A stretch of 60,928 nucleotides of DNA, filler included. It is 4 parts of 4 records of this genome, joined end to end, with 100 filler letters (N's around TTAATTAATTAA, not from the genome) between each part and the next. Parts side by side here need not be neighbours in the genome. Positions count along the whole stretch, not along the records: positions 13,432 to 44,925 come from SRR20825006_96; positions 45,026 to 52,722 come from SRR20825006_98; 2 more parts are not named here. The stretch is one strand, 5' to 3'. The notes below the pieces were generated by a model that did no database searches, was not told the DNA's origin, and was given only the letters and a program-made list of their open reading frames with translations. Below are positions 37,182-49,972 of this stretch, piece after piece. The position numbers and the translations under genes are program-made. Every line of letters starts with the position of its first letter. The first letter of the stretch is position 1.

Positions 37182-37225
37182 TTGACATAAGAAAAAAAAT
37201 AATTTTATTTGATAAAAAAGAATAA
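37182..37225 (+). promoter_or_regulatory. AT-rich sigma70 promoter/operator of the gntR-dioxygenase operon
   Basis: TTGACA followed by AAAAAAT-A-ATTTTAT; 29/37 identical to 24848-24884. Confidence 0.65.
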
Positions 37226-37252
37226 TCCAAGGTGAGGAAGAGACTATCAATC

Positions 37253-37990
37253 ATGTCCACGGGTGAAATGTTCCAGCGTCGGACGGAATCTGAGTCTGAA
37301 TCAGACGGGCCTCGGAGCCTGATTGAGGCGACTTACGAGCAGTTGAGTCTCGATATTATCCACGGCAAGTATGGGCCGGGTGACAAGCTGCGGCTTCAGC
37401 CACTAAGTGAAAATTATGGAGTGAGTGTTGGCACTGTGAGGGAGTCGTTATCTCTCCTCGTGTCGGATGGGCTCGTCCTTACTCAATCCCAAAAAGGTTT
37501 TCGAGTGGCGCCAATGTCGCTTGTAGATTTTGAGGATTTGACCAAGGCGCGGGTCCTGCTGGAAGCATCAGCGTTGCGGGATAGTATCGTATCCGGGAAA
37601 GATGACTGGGAAGGTCGGGTTGTCCAAGCATATCATCGACTGTCCCTTGCGGAGAAAAGACTCGAAGCTAACCCAATCGCAGGATTCGAGATATGGGAGC
37701 AGCGAAATCAGGAATTTCATGATGCGCTCGTATCGGCTTCTTCCTCTCGCTGGGTGCAGAAATTCCGAGTTATTCTCTACAAGCAGGCGGAGCGCTACCG
37801 GCGTTTGTCTACAGCCAGTCGAGTAAGCCCTGGCGTGTTGGCCCATGCTGAGCACGAGAAGATTTTCGAGTTGGCCATTGCGCGCGACGCCGATGCGGCT
37901 GTTGAGGCGCTCTCTATTCATATTTGGTCAGCAGTGGAGTTTCTGAAGGGCAGTGGTCTGATTTTGGAAAGTCCGGACAAGGAAGGGTAA
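37253..37990 (+). CDS. GntR/FCD family regulator (BphS/BphR1-like)
   Basis: PG.KL...L...YGVS..TVRE.LS.L..DGLV....QKGFRV; WE..N..FH.AL; AERYRR; EH..I. Confidence 0.9.
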   Translation: MSTGEMFQRRTESESESDGPRSLIEATYEQLSLDIIHGKYGPGDKLRLQPLSENYGVSVGTVRESLSLLVSDGLVLTQSQKGFRVAPMSLVDFEDLTKARVLLEASALRDSIVSGKDDWEGRVVQAYHRLSLAEKRLEANPIAGFEIWEQRNQEFHDALVSASSSRWVQKFRVILYKQAERYRRLSTASRVSPGVLAHAEHEKIFELAIARDADAAVEALSIHIWSAVEFLKGSGLILESPDKEG

Positions 37991-39439
<1,449 letters not shown>

Positions 39440-39553
39440 AGCGGTCTGTAAGCGGATCACCCGTTTCGTAGGCAGAGCGCAGTACGCTCAACCGGTAATC
39501 CTATTAACCCTCGCGAATAACGGGCGCATAAATCGCGCAAATTGGAGATAATT

Positions 39554-40451
<898 letters not shown>

Positions 40452-40452
<1 letters not shown>

Positions 40453-41681
40453 TGCAGAGTTTCGCGATCATAGGTGCGGGTCTGGCGGGGGCGACAGCGT
40501 GTCGGTCGCTCAGAGACCAGGGGTTTGAGGGAAAGATTTTCCTCTTTGGCGACGAGCCGTATGAGCCATATGATCGACCGTCTTTGTCCAAGTCTGCTTT
40601 AGCGACCAAATCTGCCCCCCCTTTGTTAATGGGTTGTAATTGGAGCGAAGAATTCAGGGTCGAGAAATGTCTGGGAGTTCGCGTTGAAGCAATCGACTTG
40701 CCCTCGATGCGGATTGAGGTGAGCTCTGGCTCGGACCTCAAGTTTGACAAGCTCCTTTTTGCCACTGGATCTCGGGCGAGGTCTCTGCGTCTAGATGCGC
40801 ATAGCGAGACGCCGGGACTTTACTCACTGCGGACGCTTGATGATTGCGTCGCTCTACAGGGAGCAATCTCCCCTGGGGTACAAGTCATCATCATCGGGGG
40901 AGGCCTCATTGGATGTGAGCTTGCCACTACAATTCAGAAGATGGGTGCAAAGGCGATTATCCTTGAGACTGCCAATGAGCTCTTGTTGCGCGTTCTGGGC
41001 AAGACAATAGGCGCGTGGTGTCGAGAGGAATTAGAGGCCATAGGGGTTGAAGTCCACACGGGCGTCTCAATTACTCATGTGGATCTAGATCCATCGTTCC
41101 GGGAAGTACGATGCGGCGACGGAAGAAGGTTTTCAGGTGATCTGGCAATCGTCAGCGTTGGTGCGGAGCCTGTCACCGATTTGGCAGAGCATGCTGGATT
41201 GGCGTGCGCGAGGGGCATCATTGTAAATTCAGTTGGTATGGCTTCAAGCGACACGGTGTACGCAGCGGGCGATGTCGCAAGTTGGCCTCTCAGAAGCGGA
41301 GGGCGCCGCAGTCTGGAGACTTATCTGAATTCTCAAAATCAGGCGGCCGTAGCTGCGGGAGCAATGCTCGGAAAGGGTGAGCCAACACCGCAAGTTCCGG
41401 TTTCATGGACGGAGATAGCGGGGCATCGGATACAGATGATGGGCGACGTGACTGGCCCAGGCAATGTCGTCACTCGGGTTGATCCTGGAGGGACTGGAAT
41501 GACGGTGTGTCGATTAAATGGTGGGGAGCTTCAATCTGCTGTTTCAATAGACCAGTCGGCAGACTTTTCTTTCGCATCAAAAATCATTGAGCGGAGGATG
41601 CTGGTAGATGCTGAATCGATTCGTGATCCGCTCATTCGCATGAAAGACATTTTCAAATTGGCGGCAAAGACGGTCGCGTGA
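40452..41681 (+). CDS. bphA4: Ferredoxin reductase (GR-type)
   Basis: GAGLAG, PYDRPSLSK, ATG, GGGLIGCE, RRSLETY.N; TGATG coupling with the ferredoxin gene. Confidence 0.95.
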
Positions 41682-41733
41682 AGCACAAAATAGTGCGGAT
41701 ACATACTAAAATCAGAAAGACAGGGAGAAGACA

Positions 41734-42612
41734 ATGAGCGTAAAGAAGTTGGGATATTTGGGTTTTTCTGCATCAGACATTGATGCTTGGCGGGATTACG
41801 CAACCGGAACGTTAGGGCTAATGGATGCTGGGACGAGAAATGACACTCTCTTTCTGAGAATGGATTCCCGAAATTGGCGGGTTGCAGTCCATCCGGGCGC
41901 GGCAGATGATCTCTTGTATGCGGGGTTCGAAGTTTCGAATCGAGCCGAGATGCTTGAGATCGCTGAAAGACTAGAGGAAATGGGCATTTCCGTCGAGCAG
42001 GCCGATTCCAAGCTGTTGGCGCAACGGGGAGTGATTGATTTGGTATCCTGCCTTGATCCGTCAGGGATCAAGATTGAGGTCTATTATGGTGCCAGCGAGC
42101 TCTACGAAGAGCCGTTTATTTCACCTACGGGTGTATCTGGATTTCTAACTCAGGATCAGGGACTAGGGCACTATGTCCTGAGTGTTGAAGATATTGAACG
42201 TTCGTTGGATTTCTACATCCGTGGACTGGGGATGGAGCTATCCGACATCATCGACTGGCAGGTCAATCCGGACGTGAAGCTTCAGGTGAACTTTCTCCAT
42301 TGCAACAGGCGCCATCATAGCCTGGCATTAATCCAAGCGCCCGCTTCCAAGAAGTTACATCACTTTATGCTGGAAGTGGGGTCGTTCGATGATGTCGGGC
42401 GCGCATATGATCGCGTGTCAGAGAAGAATGAGATCGTGATGACGCTCGGTCGGCACACAAATGATCACATGTATTCGTTCTACGGCGTCACGCCTTCCGG
42501 CTTTGCTGTCGAGTATGGATGGGGCGCTCGACCCATCGAGTCAGATTGGTCTGTCGTCCGATATGACAGCATCAGCATGTGGGGACATAAGTTTATGGGC
42601 ACAGGAGCTTGA
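41734..42612 (+). CDS. bphC: Extradiol ring-cleavage dioxygenase (BphC/TodE type)
   Basis: LGYLGF, QGLGH, FLHCN.RHHS, HHFMLE, LGRHTND.M.SFY..TPSG..VEYGW. Confidence 0.95.
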   Translation: MSVKKLGYLGFSASDIDAWRDYATGTLGLMDAGTRNDTLFLRMDSRNWRVAVHPGAADDLLYAGFEVSNRAEMLEIAERLEEMGISVEQADSKLLAQRGVIDLVSCLDPSGIKIEVYYGASELYEEPFISPTGVSGFLTQDQGLGHYVLSVEDIERSLDFYIRGLGMELSDIIDWQVNPDVKLQVNFLHCNRRHHSLALIQAPASKKLHHFMLEVGSFDDVGRAYDRVSEKNEIVMTLGRHTNDHMYSFYGVTPSGFAVEYGWGARPIESDWSVVRYDSISMWGHKFMGTGA

Positions 42613-42678
42613 GCGGCGCGTCCGCAAAACTGATCCAAATTCGTCCGACCCCCGACGCTGCATTTAGGAGATTCTAGC

Positions 42679-43533
42679 ATGGCCATTCAGAGCGTATCTG
42701 AAGATACCAACCCAGAGATCGCACGTAACATTGAAGTTCACGGTGTAAAGACGAACTATCATGATCTCGGCTCTGGGAAACCGCTCTTTCTGATTCACGG
42801 ATCAGGGCCGGGGGTTTCGGCGTGGGCAAACTGGCGATTGGCAATGCCAAATTTTAGTGAGGTGGCCAGAGTAATTGCTCCTGATATGCTCGGCTTCGGA
42901 TATTCGGAACGTCCGGGTAAAGAGTACTATAATATGGAAAGTTGGCTCGATCAGGTTGTTGGGTTGATGGATGCTCTTGATATTGAACGGACCGATCTCG
43001 TAGGCAATTCCTTCGGGGGTGCGATTTCTCTTGCGATGGCCATTCGACACCCGGATAGAGTTCGGCGCATTGTTCTGATGGGAAGCGCGGGTTTGGCGTT
43101 GGGGCTGAGTGAGGGACTTGACCAGGTTTGGGGGTATTCTCCATCCATTGAAAATATGCGCCGTTTGCTGGATATCTTTGCATATGATCGAAGTTTGGTA
43201 ACGGATGAGCTTGCTGAACTACGGTACAAAGCAAGCATTCGTCCGGGTTTTCAGGAGTCATTCTCAGCGATGTTTCCTGCGCCTCGGGGGAGATGGCTAG
43301 AGCACTTGGCAAGTGATGAACGCGATATCCAGAAAATTCCTCATGAGGTTCTGATTATTCATGGGCGTGAAGACCTCGTTGTGCCGCTGGAAAATGGCCT
43401 GCGGCTGTCGCAGTTGATCAAGAGGTCTCAGTTGCATGTCTTTGGAGAGTGCGGGCACTGGGCGCAAATTGAACATGCGGCAAGATTTGAAAAACTCGTC
43501 ATGAATTTCATTCAGGAGCCGGATAAAAAGTGA
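42679..43533 (+). CDS. meta-cleavage product hydrolase, TodF/CumD/XylF (alkylbenzene) type
   Basis: TNYHD.G.G.P..LIHGSGPGVSAWANWRL, GNSFGG, CGHW.QIEH. Confidence 0.92.
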   Translation: MAIQSVSEDTNPEIARNIEVHGVKTNYHDLGSGKPLFLIHGSGPGVSAWANWRLAMPNFSEVARVIAPDMLGFGYSERPGKEYYNMESWLDQVVGLMDALDIERTDLVGNSFGGAISLAMAIRHPDRVRRIVLMGSAGLALGLSEGLDQVWGYSPSIENMRRLLDIFAYDRSLVTDELAELRYKASIRPGFQESFSAMFPAPRGRWLEHLASDERDIQKIPHEVLIIHGREDLVVPLENGLRLSQLIKRSQLHVFGECGHWAQIEHAARFEKLVMNFIQEPDKK

Positions 43534-43636
43534 GTGCGGTGTATCGTTAATGCGAAACGACAATACCAAAATGTATATGCTGCAATTGGCTCAGGAATTC
43601 TATTCGAACCAAGTCTAATAAAAGGGGAGTAGTAAA

Positions 43637-43930
43637 ATGTTGAAACGGTTTGCTTTGATTGCCTTTGGTTTTGCGGCCCTGTCTTATGCGAGCGCGCAAG
43701 CAGAGAGCCGAGATGATTTACAGCGCGTCTGCGTAACGGTTTCTGTTGCAGACGGTTTGAGTGAGGAGGAAAGTCAGGATTTTTGTGAGTGCTTAACAAC
43801 AGGCGCTGAAGAACAAGGACAAGAGTCCATTGACGAGCTTGTTGAGTCGGCAGAAATACCGGACCGGCAAGCGCGCATCGATGGACTGTCCGAAACGTCT
43901 CAGAACATCGTGGCGGTATGTGCTCCCTAA
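43637..43930 (+). CDS. Small secreted acidic protein with four Cys
   Basis: AAGGGGAG RBS, signal peptide ending AQA, C...CEC...C pattern. Confidence 0.7.
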   Translation: MLKRFALIAFGFAALSYASAQAESRDDLQRVCVTVSVADGLSEEESQDFCECLTTGAEEQGQESIDELVESAEIPDRQARIDGLSETSQNIVAVCAP

Positions 43931-44069
43931 ATAGGCTCCAGTATAAGAGTCCTCACCTTGGCTGGCTCTGCTTCTGATCAAGCGGTCCGAAGTATGAGTT
44001 ATTGCGCACTCGATTGGTCTTGCCGCTTTGAGGCCGGCTCTCTTGGGGGAAATGTAGGCTATTGTTCTT

Positions 44070-44615
44070 GTGCAGAAAACTTCAATCGGGTCCGGGCGAG
44101 TGACTGTTGTCGCGGCATTGGCGAGAAATGCGGTAGGCGATGACAAAGCTGACGTGCCTGTGGGGAGGCTCTCATCTGCCGCCGTCGATATTCTTTTGGG
44201 CCTTTATACTGCGCAAACAAGGATGCTTGAGAATGGTTTCCGCAATGACGTAGCAAACTTGGCCGTATGCACTTTGCTTGCCAATCTGATCGACGGGTTT
44301 GTTGCCGCCGAACTTGGTAAGCCATCCTTGTCTCTCGTTCAGAAAGGCTGGCATCTTCGGAGGTGCGAATTGTTGCGCGCCCGTCCAAACGTTGAATCCC
44401 GCAAGGTCAGCGCGGCTGCTGATCGATTGACAAATGATTTTCGCAAAAGTCTCGAAGCATCCGCAGGCGCAAATGGATTAGCCAGAGAGCTAGCGGCTAT
44501 CTGCCTGGCAGTCATTAGCGAATATCATGAGCGGGGCGAACCGGGCTCGTCCTTCGCTGAAGCCGAGGGAGCGCTCAGCCAACTCATCCGCGCATTCAGT
44601 AAGGGTGTTGCTTGA
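44070..44615 (+). CDS. Hypothetical protein or degraded gene
   Basis: 181-aa ORF with GTG start and helical composition; no recognised motif. Confidence 0.35.
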   Translation: MQKTSIGSGRVTVVAALARNAVGDDKADVPVGRLSSAAVDILLGLYTAQTRMLENGFRNDVANLAVCTLLANLIDGFVAAELGKPSLSLVQKGWHLRRCELLRARPNVESRKVSAAADRLTNDFRKSLEASAGANGLARELAAICLAVISEYHERGEPGSSFAEAEGALSQLIRAFSKGVA

Positions 44616-44790
44616 CGGAATCAGTATGCGGGTAAAGAAGGGGCTGGAGCAACCTATGTTGTTTGAATTCAATCGATAGAAAAGAGACGTTGATAGAGCT
44701 CAACCATTGACGGGATCTGGCGAAAGTAATCCGGCAAGAGCTTTGGCTATCTTACAATGGTGACGCGCTTACCGATCAAATCTTGGGCTC

Positions 44791-44925
44791 TTGTACGTAT
44801 CTAAACAAGTCAAAATGGATTTCTCGTGGCCCAGTACCTCGGCAGATGGCGTGCACATGAACTCCTTTAATGGATCGCTCCGGGACGAGTGCCTGAACAT
44901 CAACTGGTTCGCCTCCTTGGCCGAG
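44791..44925 (+). pseudogene. IS3-family transposase (integrase core) remnant, truncated by the contig end
   Basis: DFS.P....D.....SFNGSLRDECLNINWF.SL matches the IS3 core C-terminus, but the PGKP.DN..IE motif is degenerate and the upstream frame is closed. Confidence 0.8.
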
Positions 44926-45025
44926 NNNNNNNNNNNNNNNNNNNNNNNNNNNNNNNNNNNNNNNNNNNNTTAATTAATTAANNNNNNNNNNNNNNNNNNN
45001 NNNNNNNNNNNNNNNNNNNNNNNNN
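44926..45025. other. Artificial contig-joining spacer
   Basis: N44-TTAATTAATTAA-N44. Confidence 0.99.
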
Positions 45026-45499
45026 GGTCGACAGCGGCGCGTAGAAGGTCCAGCCAAAGTTCGGGGCGCTGGGGTTACCGGCACCGAACGCGCTCATCAC
45101 CACGGAACCAATCAGGATGGCGAAAGCGAAAGGCAGGATCCAGAAGGACCAGTTATTCATCCGCGGCAGCGCCATATCCGGCGCACCGATCATCAAGGGA
45201 ATCATCCAGTTGGCCAGACCAACCGTGGCGGGCATCACCGCGCCAAATACCATGACCAGACCGTGCACGGTGGTCATTTGGTTGAAGAATTCCGGATCCA
45301 CGAACTGCATGCCGGGCTCGAGCAGCTCGGCACGAATTACCATGGCAAGGAAACCGCCGGACAGGAACATGGCGAAGCTGAACCACAGGTACAGGGTACC
45401 GATATCTTTGTGGTTGGTGCTGAACAGCCAACGTTTCAGGCCGGTCGGGGCGTGGTGATGATCGTGATGATCATCATGGGTTGCAGCTGCAGTAGACAT
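45026..45499 (-). CDS. coxA: Cytochrome c oxidase subunit I (5' part only)
   Basis: STNHKDIGTLY, HGLVMVFG, GAPDMALPRMNN.SFW, GWTFYAPLS. Confidence 0.95.
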
Positions 45500-45513
45500 T
45501 GCTATCCCCTCCC

Positions 45514-46722
45514 TTATTCGTGGTCGTTAACGTCGGCGGGCTGAATCAGATCGCCGGTGTCGTTGCCGAAAGCATTACGCTCGTAGGTGATCACCGCCGC
45601 AATCTGGCGAGGTGTCAGCTGAGCCTTGAAGTTGGGCATGGCGGCACGGCCATTGACCAACACATCAATGTGCTCGTTCAGGTGCTCTTTCTTGGTAGCG
45701 AATTCCGTACCGGCAAACGCCAGGCCGATACCGCCTTCACCATTGGCACCGTGACACAGGGCACAAGCGCTGTCGTAAACCTGCTTGCCTTCTTCCATCG
45801 CCTGATCGATACCGGCAAACGGTGTCAGATCCGGGCCAGAGGCGGCTTTTTCTTTCTCTTCGGCAATCCAGGTCTTGAACTCGTCCTGGGTCACCACTTC
45901 TACAGCAATCGGCATGAAGGCGTGGTTCTTGCCACACAGTTCCGCACACTGGCCGTAGTAAGTGCCTTCCTTACCTTCCGGTACCAGTGCCCAGGTTTCA
46001 TTGACGAACCCGGGGATTGCATCTTTCTTGCCGCCGAAATCCGGCACCCAGAAAGAGTGGATCACGTCGTCGGACGTCACCAGGAAGCGTACTTTCTGGC
46101 CCGACGGAATGATCAGTTTGTTATCCACTTCCAGGTTGTAGTTGTGGTCTTTCTCGGGAGCGTCCTTGCCGACCAGATCTTTCGCGGTGCCATAGGGGAA
46201 CAGACCGCCGGACAGAACCGGGTTGTTGTACTGTTCCGGCGGCGTGGCCAGGTTGGAGAAGAAAGACACACCAATATCGTTGTCATCTTCGTACGTCAGG
46301 TACTCGTAACTCCACTTCCAGCGATAGCCGGTCACCTTCACCGTCAATTCTGACTCAGCGGTATCGTCCAGCTGAACCAGTACGCGGGTGGCCGGTACGG
46401 CCATGGCGATCAGGATAACGAAGGGGATCACTGTCCACAGCACCTCGAAAAACACGTTTTCGTGGAAGGTGGAAGGATTCGGGTTCTTGGAACGGCGGTG
46501 GCGGATCATCGAGAACAGAATCAGGCCACAGACCAGAAGACCGATGACGGTCACGATCCAGAGAACGGTGGTGTGAAGATTTTGAACTTCCTGACTGACC
46601 TGGGTTACCCCCGGTCGCAGGTCGAGATCGGAACGTTCGGTCCAGTCGCTAGCGAAGGTCATGCCACTGATCATCAGTGACGTCAGACCCGCCGCCGCGC
46701 GGTGGAACAGAGTTGACTGCAT
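45514..46722 (-). CDS. coxB: Cytochrome c oxidase subunit II with C-terminal cytochrome c domain
   Basis: DVIHSF, GQCAELCGKNHAFM CuA motif, CALCH heme-binding motif. Confidence 0.95.
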   Translation of the reverse strand: MQSTLFHRAAAGLTSLMISGMTFASDWTERSDLDLRPGVTQVSQEVQNLHTTVLWIVTVIGLLVCGLILFSMIRHRRSKNPNPSTFHENVFFEVLWTVIPFVILIAMAVPATRVLVQLDDTAESELTVKVTGYRWKWSYEYLTYEDDNDIGVSFFSNLATPPEQYNNPVLSGGLFPYGTAKDLVGKDAPEKDHNYNLEVDNKLIIPSGQKVRFLVTSDDVIHSFWVPDFGGKKDAIPGFVNETWALVPEGKEGTYYGQCAELCGKNHAFMPIAVEVVTQDEFKTWIAEEKEKAASGPDLTPFAGIDQAMEEGKQVYDSACALCHGANGEGGIGLAFAGTEFATKKEHLNEHIDVLVNGRAAMPNFKAQLTPRQIAAVITYERNAFGNDTGDLIQPADVNDHE

Positions 46723-47119
46723 GCGTTTGCTCCCTGTTTTCCCCAGCGCTACCCCGTTACAGGCACGCTTGTTCTTTGCCGTTACCGGCGCCTGGAAAGC
46801 GAGTTTCAGGATTGATGCAGCGAAACGGTCACCAGACCTTCCCCAGTCACATCCACGGCCAAGGGGGCGGCCGTTTAACGTGTCACATGGGAGGCAAAAC
46901 CCAATAAAATCAAATAGCTATTTACCGCTATGCTGATTTCATTGAATTGCCGGAGGTGTGGCAAATTGTCCCACTGCATTTATGGGCGCCAACTCTAGTC
47001 ATTCGCATGGCTAAAGTCCAGCCGAAACGTAGGGTTTATCAAGCCTTTCAGGCAGATACGAAAGCCGAACGCTATGCTACACTCCGCCTCTATTCCCCTA
47101 CCCAGCGTCCCTTTCTGCC

Positions 47120-47455
47120 ATGTCAAAACGCCGTCCCATTTACCGCGTCATATTCCAGAATCAGGGGCAAACCTACGAAGTTTATGCCTCCGAGATATAC
47201 CAAAGTGATCTGCACGGCTTTATCGAGGTCGAAGAATTCCTGTTTGATGAGCGCAGCGGTGTGCTGGTGGATCCGTCGGAAGAAAAGCTGAAAAGCGAGT
47301 TTTCAGGGGTTCTGCGGTCTTACATCCCCATGCATGCGGTCATTCGCATTGATGAGGTCGAAAAGGAAGGGGTCGGCAAGATCACTGAATCACGCACAGA
47401 GCCCCGCAACAGCAACGTCTCTCCTTTCCCCATGCCGCCAGGTCCGGGCAAATAG
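47120..47455 (+). CDS. DUF1820 family protein
   Basis: IY.V.F.NQG..YE.YA..IYQSD..GF.E.E...VDPSEEKLK.EF.GV.RS.IPMH...RIDEVEK.G. Confidence 0.85.
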   Translation: MSKRRPIYRVIFQNQGQTYEVYASEIYQSDLHGFIEVEEFLFDERSGVLVDPSEEKLKSEFSGVLRSYIPMHAVIRIDEVEKEGVGKITESRTEPRNSNVSPFPMPPGPGK

Positions 47456-48054
47456 CGCACCTGTCTCTACAAAAGCACTGCCCCCAAAAAAAGAAGGGCG
47501 CCGGTTAGACCGAGCGCCCAGAGGGTTGCCTGATGTTACTAAGAGGAGAAAACGTATTTTGCCTACTGAATTAGTCCGCGCGCGAATGCAAAGGTTCCCG
47601 CAGGACTGAAAAAACCTTCCCGTTAGCGAGGAACATCCCGGGAGGCATGATGACTGCCGTGAAGGGGGCGACAGAAAGAGCGGCCAGCGGAAACATCAGC
47701 GCGAGCACTGCGTGCCAGGAGCATTGCCTGCTCAGCCCGCGCAATCATGCGAACAAACAGAATCAGCGCAAACCGTGTCATCCATTCCATCGTCATTTCC
47801 TCTAATCGCCACTCAACTTCTATCACCGCCTTATTAAGGCCGGCGATCGAATCCCGGCCAAAGCCTTGCCCGGGAATCCAATAAAGGAAGCGGGGAAGTG
47901 CATCCGTGCTCCCTGGCCATCCTTGCTGGCCCTTCTCCGCGCATCTCACTCAAGGCGAGTTACCCTATCAGAGGCGCCTTTTCCGTCTTCGTTCACCGGC
48001 CGGCTGCGTTTTTACCGCCCTTTTACAAGCGCCAGGCACTACCACGCCACAACC

Positions 48055-48330
48055 CTACTCTCCCTGATCCCGGGAAGGGGCGACCTCGCCGGACTGAATC
48101 GGCTCGCCATACCGCAGGGTCGGGTTTACATCGTGCGGCTGCACCCACCCCATATACATGCTGAGGATAATGAACAGAAACACCGCCACGGAAAAACCCA
48201 CACGCCAGGCCAGCGCTCGCATGGTCTTGCCTTCCTTGCCCTGCCCCTTCACCAGCGACATGAGCGCACGCCCCAGAGAAATCACTGCCGCCAGCAGCAG
48301 AATGACTACAATCAGCTTTACCCACCACAT
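48055..48330 (-). CDS. Twin-transmembrane small protein (DUF2909 family)
   Basis: 91 aa from MWWVK; SLG.AL..L.K...RAL.WRVG.S...GW..PH; typical neighbour of SURF1. Confidence 0.8.
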   Translation of the reverse strand: MWWVKLIVVILLLAAVISLGRALMSLVKGQGKEGKTMRALAWRVGFSVAVFLFIILSMYMGWVQPHDVNPTLRYGEPIQSGEVAPSRDQGE

Positions 48331-48590
48331 ACTCGTTATCTCCTTGAACGCATTACCAAGGCGTATAAACACACAGCCCGGATTCCCTGGATGAAAAGCC
48401 CGGCCAGCTATGTACAATGTGCCGCCATTACTGTGTGGACAACCCGGGATGATCTCGGGGCCGCCTTTATATGCGGCTATTGTAATGGCCGACTCTGCCA
48501 GTGCACGCACTATCTGGCCTGTGCTGGCCGTCCACGGACCGGGCAAGCCACCGTTTTGCTACGCTACTGCTGTCATGAGGGCAGACCGCC

Positions 48591-49343
48591 ATGCCTCACA
48601 CTCACCGCCGTGCCCCCTGGATCGCACTGATCGCCACCCTGATCGTCTCTGGAGTGTGCCTGCGACTGGCTTTCTGGCAGCTGGAGCGGGCCGATGAAAA
48701 GCGACAGTGGCTCACGGAACAGAGTGAACGGGCCAGCCTGCCACCGGCAGACCTGTCCACCCTGCAGGCCGTCGATGATCCCATGCACCGCCACGCCTCC
48801 ATTTCCGGCCACTTTGATAATGCCCATAACGTATTGCTGGACAATCGCACCCTGAACGGCGTGGCTGGCTACCACCTGCTAACCCCGTTTGAAACCCGCA
48901 AAGGGCGCTGGGTGCTGGTCAACCGGGGCTGGCTCCCCCGGGGCAACGACCGCGCCAATCTGCCCACCATTGCCCCGATCACAGGAAACCTGACCGTCAC
49001 CGGTGCCGTATACCGCCCGTCCCGTGATGTTTTTGTGCTCAAGGACATGCCATTGCCCGACAATCAGTGGCCATTACGGGTTCAGAAAGTGGATTTTGAC
49101 GCTATTGGCGAACAACTTGGGGTAGAATTGGCGCCCTTTGAAATTCGGGTCACCCCGGAACTGGCGCTGGGCAGCAACGCACCGCTACCCCGGCACTGGC
49201 AGGACGTGACGGTGATGGGCCCGGAACGGCACAAGGCTTACGCATTGCAGTGGTTCGCACTGGCACTGGCCGCCCTGCTGATATATGTTGCCGCCGCACT
49301 CCGAAACTGGCGCAAAGCACGCAAGACGCGAGAGGAACAGTAA
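48591..49343 (+). CDS. SURF1/Shy1 cytochrome oxidase assembly protein
   Basis: L.FWQL.RA.EK, LLDNR, VLVNRGW, H..YA.QWF. Confidence 0.92.
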   Translation: MPHTHRRAPWIALIATLIVSGVCLRLAFWQLERADEKRQWLTEQSERASLPPADLSTLQAVDDPMHRHASISGHFDNAHNVLLDNRTLNGVAGYHLLTPFETRKGRWVLVNRGWLPRGNDRANLPTIAPITGNLTVTGAVYRPSRDVFVLKDMPLPDNQWPLRVQKVDFDAIGEQLGVELAPFEIRVTPELALGSNAPLPRHWQDVTVMGPERHKAYALQWFALALAALLIYVAAALRNWRKARKTREEQ

Positions 49344-49957
49344 TGTCCCCACGGACCAAAAACAGGGTCACCTTGTTAGCCATCATTGCTCCCTTTGTCC
49401 TGTTTTTCCTGGCCGGGCGCTTCCTGATTGATGTCCAGGAGCTGCCCAAGGTCAACAAGGGCCAACTGCTGGTTCCACACATTGACATGGCGAGCCTGAA
49501 CGCCACTGACAGCAACCAGCAGCCCTACGACGGCAATGATATGAGCACGCAGTGGACCTTGCTCTATGTGGCCGGGGAAGACTGCGACACTCGCTGCAAG
49601 AACGGCCTCTATTATCAAGTACAGCAAGTGCGCCTGACCCTGGGCGAAGACATTCAGCGAGTGCGCCGGGTTATTTTGCATACAGCCCCGGCCGGCGCGG
49701 AATTGCAGACGTTCCTCACCGACAAGGTGGACGGCATGATTTCTATCCATGCCGCTTCCGCCGATGTCACCCAGGCACTGGCCCCGGTGTATGCCCCCGA
49801 TGCCAGCCAGCCCATTGGCGATATTTTTCTGGTCAGCCCGGACGGCCAGATCTTCATGCGTTATCCCACGCACGAAAACATGGATGCCACCCTCGAAGAG
49901 GCGGAGAACATCCGCGTCGATCTCAAACGGACCCTGAAAGGGTCACTGATCGGTTAA
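49343..49957 (+). CDS. Membrane-anchored thioredoxin/Sco-like oxidase assembly protein
   Basis: TAATG coupling with SURF1; N-terminal TM, N.G.L, CDTRC (CxxxC), DLKR.LK.S.IG. Confidence 0.75.
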   Translation: MSPRTKNRVTLLAIIAPFVLFFLAGRFLIDVQELPKVNKGQLLVPHIDMASLNATDSNQQPYDGNDMSTQWTLLYVAGEDCDTRCKNGLYYQVQQVRLTLGEDIQRVRRVILHTAPAGAELQTFLTDKVDGMISIHAASADVTQALAPVYAPDASQPIGDIFLVSPDGQIFMRYPTHENMDATLEEAENIRVDLKRTLKGSLIG

Positions 49958-49972
49958 GGCAGGCTCTTGATT

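Noticed and set aside
42679-43533. Calling the hydrolase bphD
   Set aside because: The HGSGPGVSAWANW signature fits TodF/CumD/XylF-type enzymes
44070-44615. TetR-like regulator
   Set aside because: No N-terminal HTH is visible; the resemblance is only general helical character
47623-47949. 108-aa ORF, and overlapping 47866-48630 ORF
   Set aside because: No motif and atypical composition; the longer ORF is antisense to the DUF2909 gene
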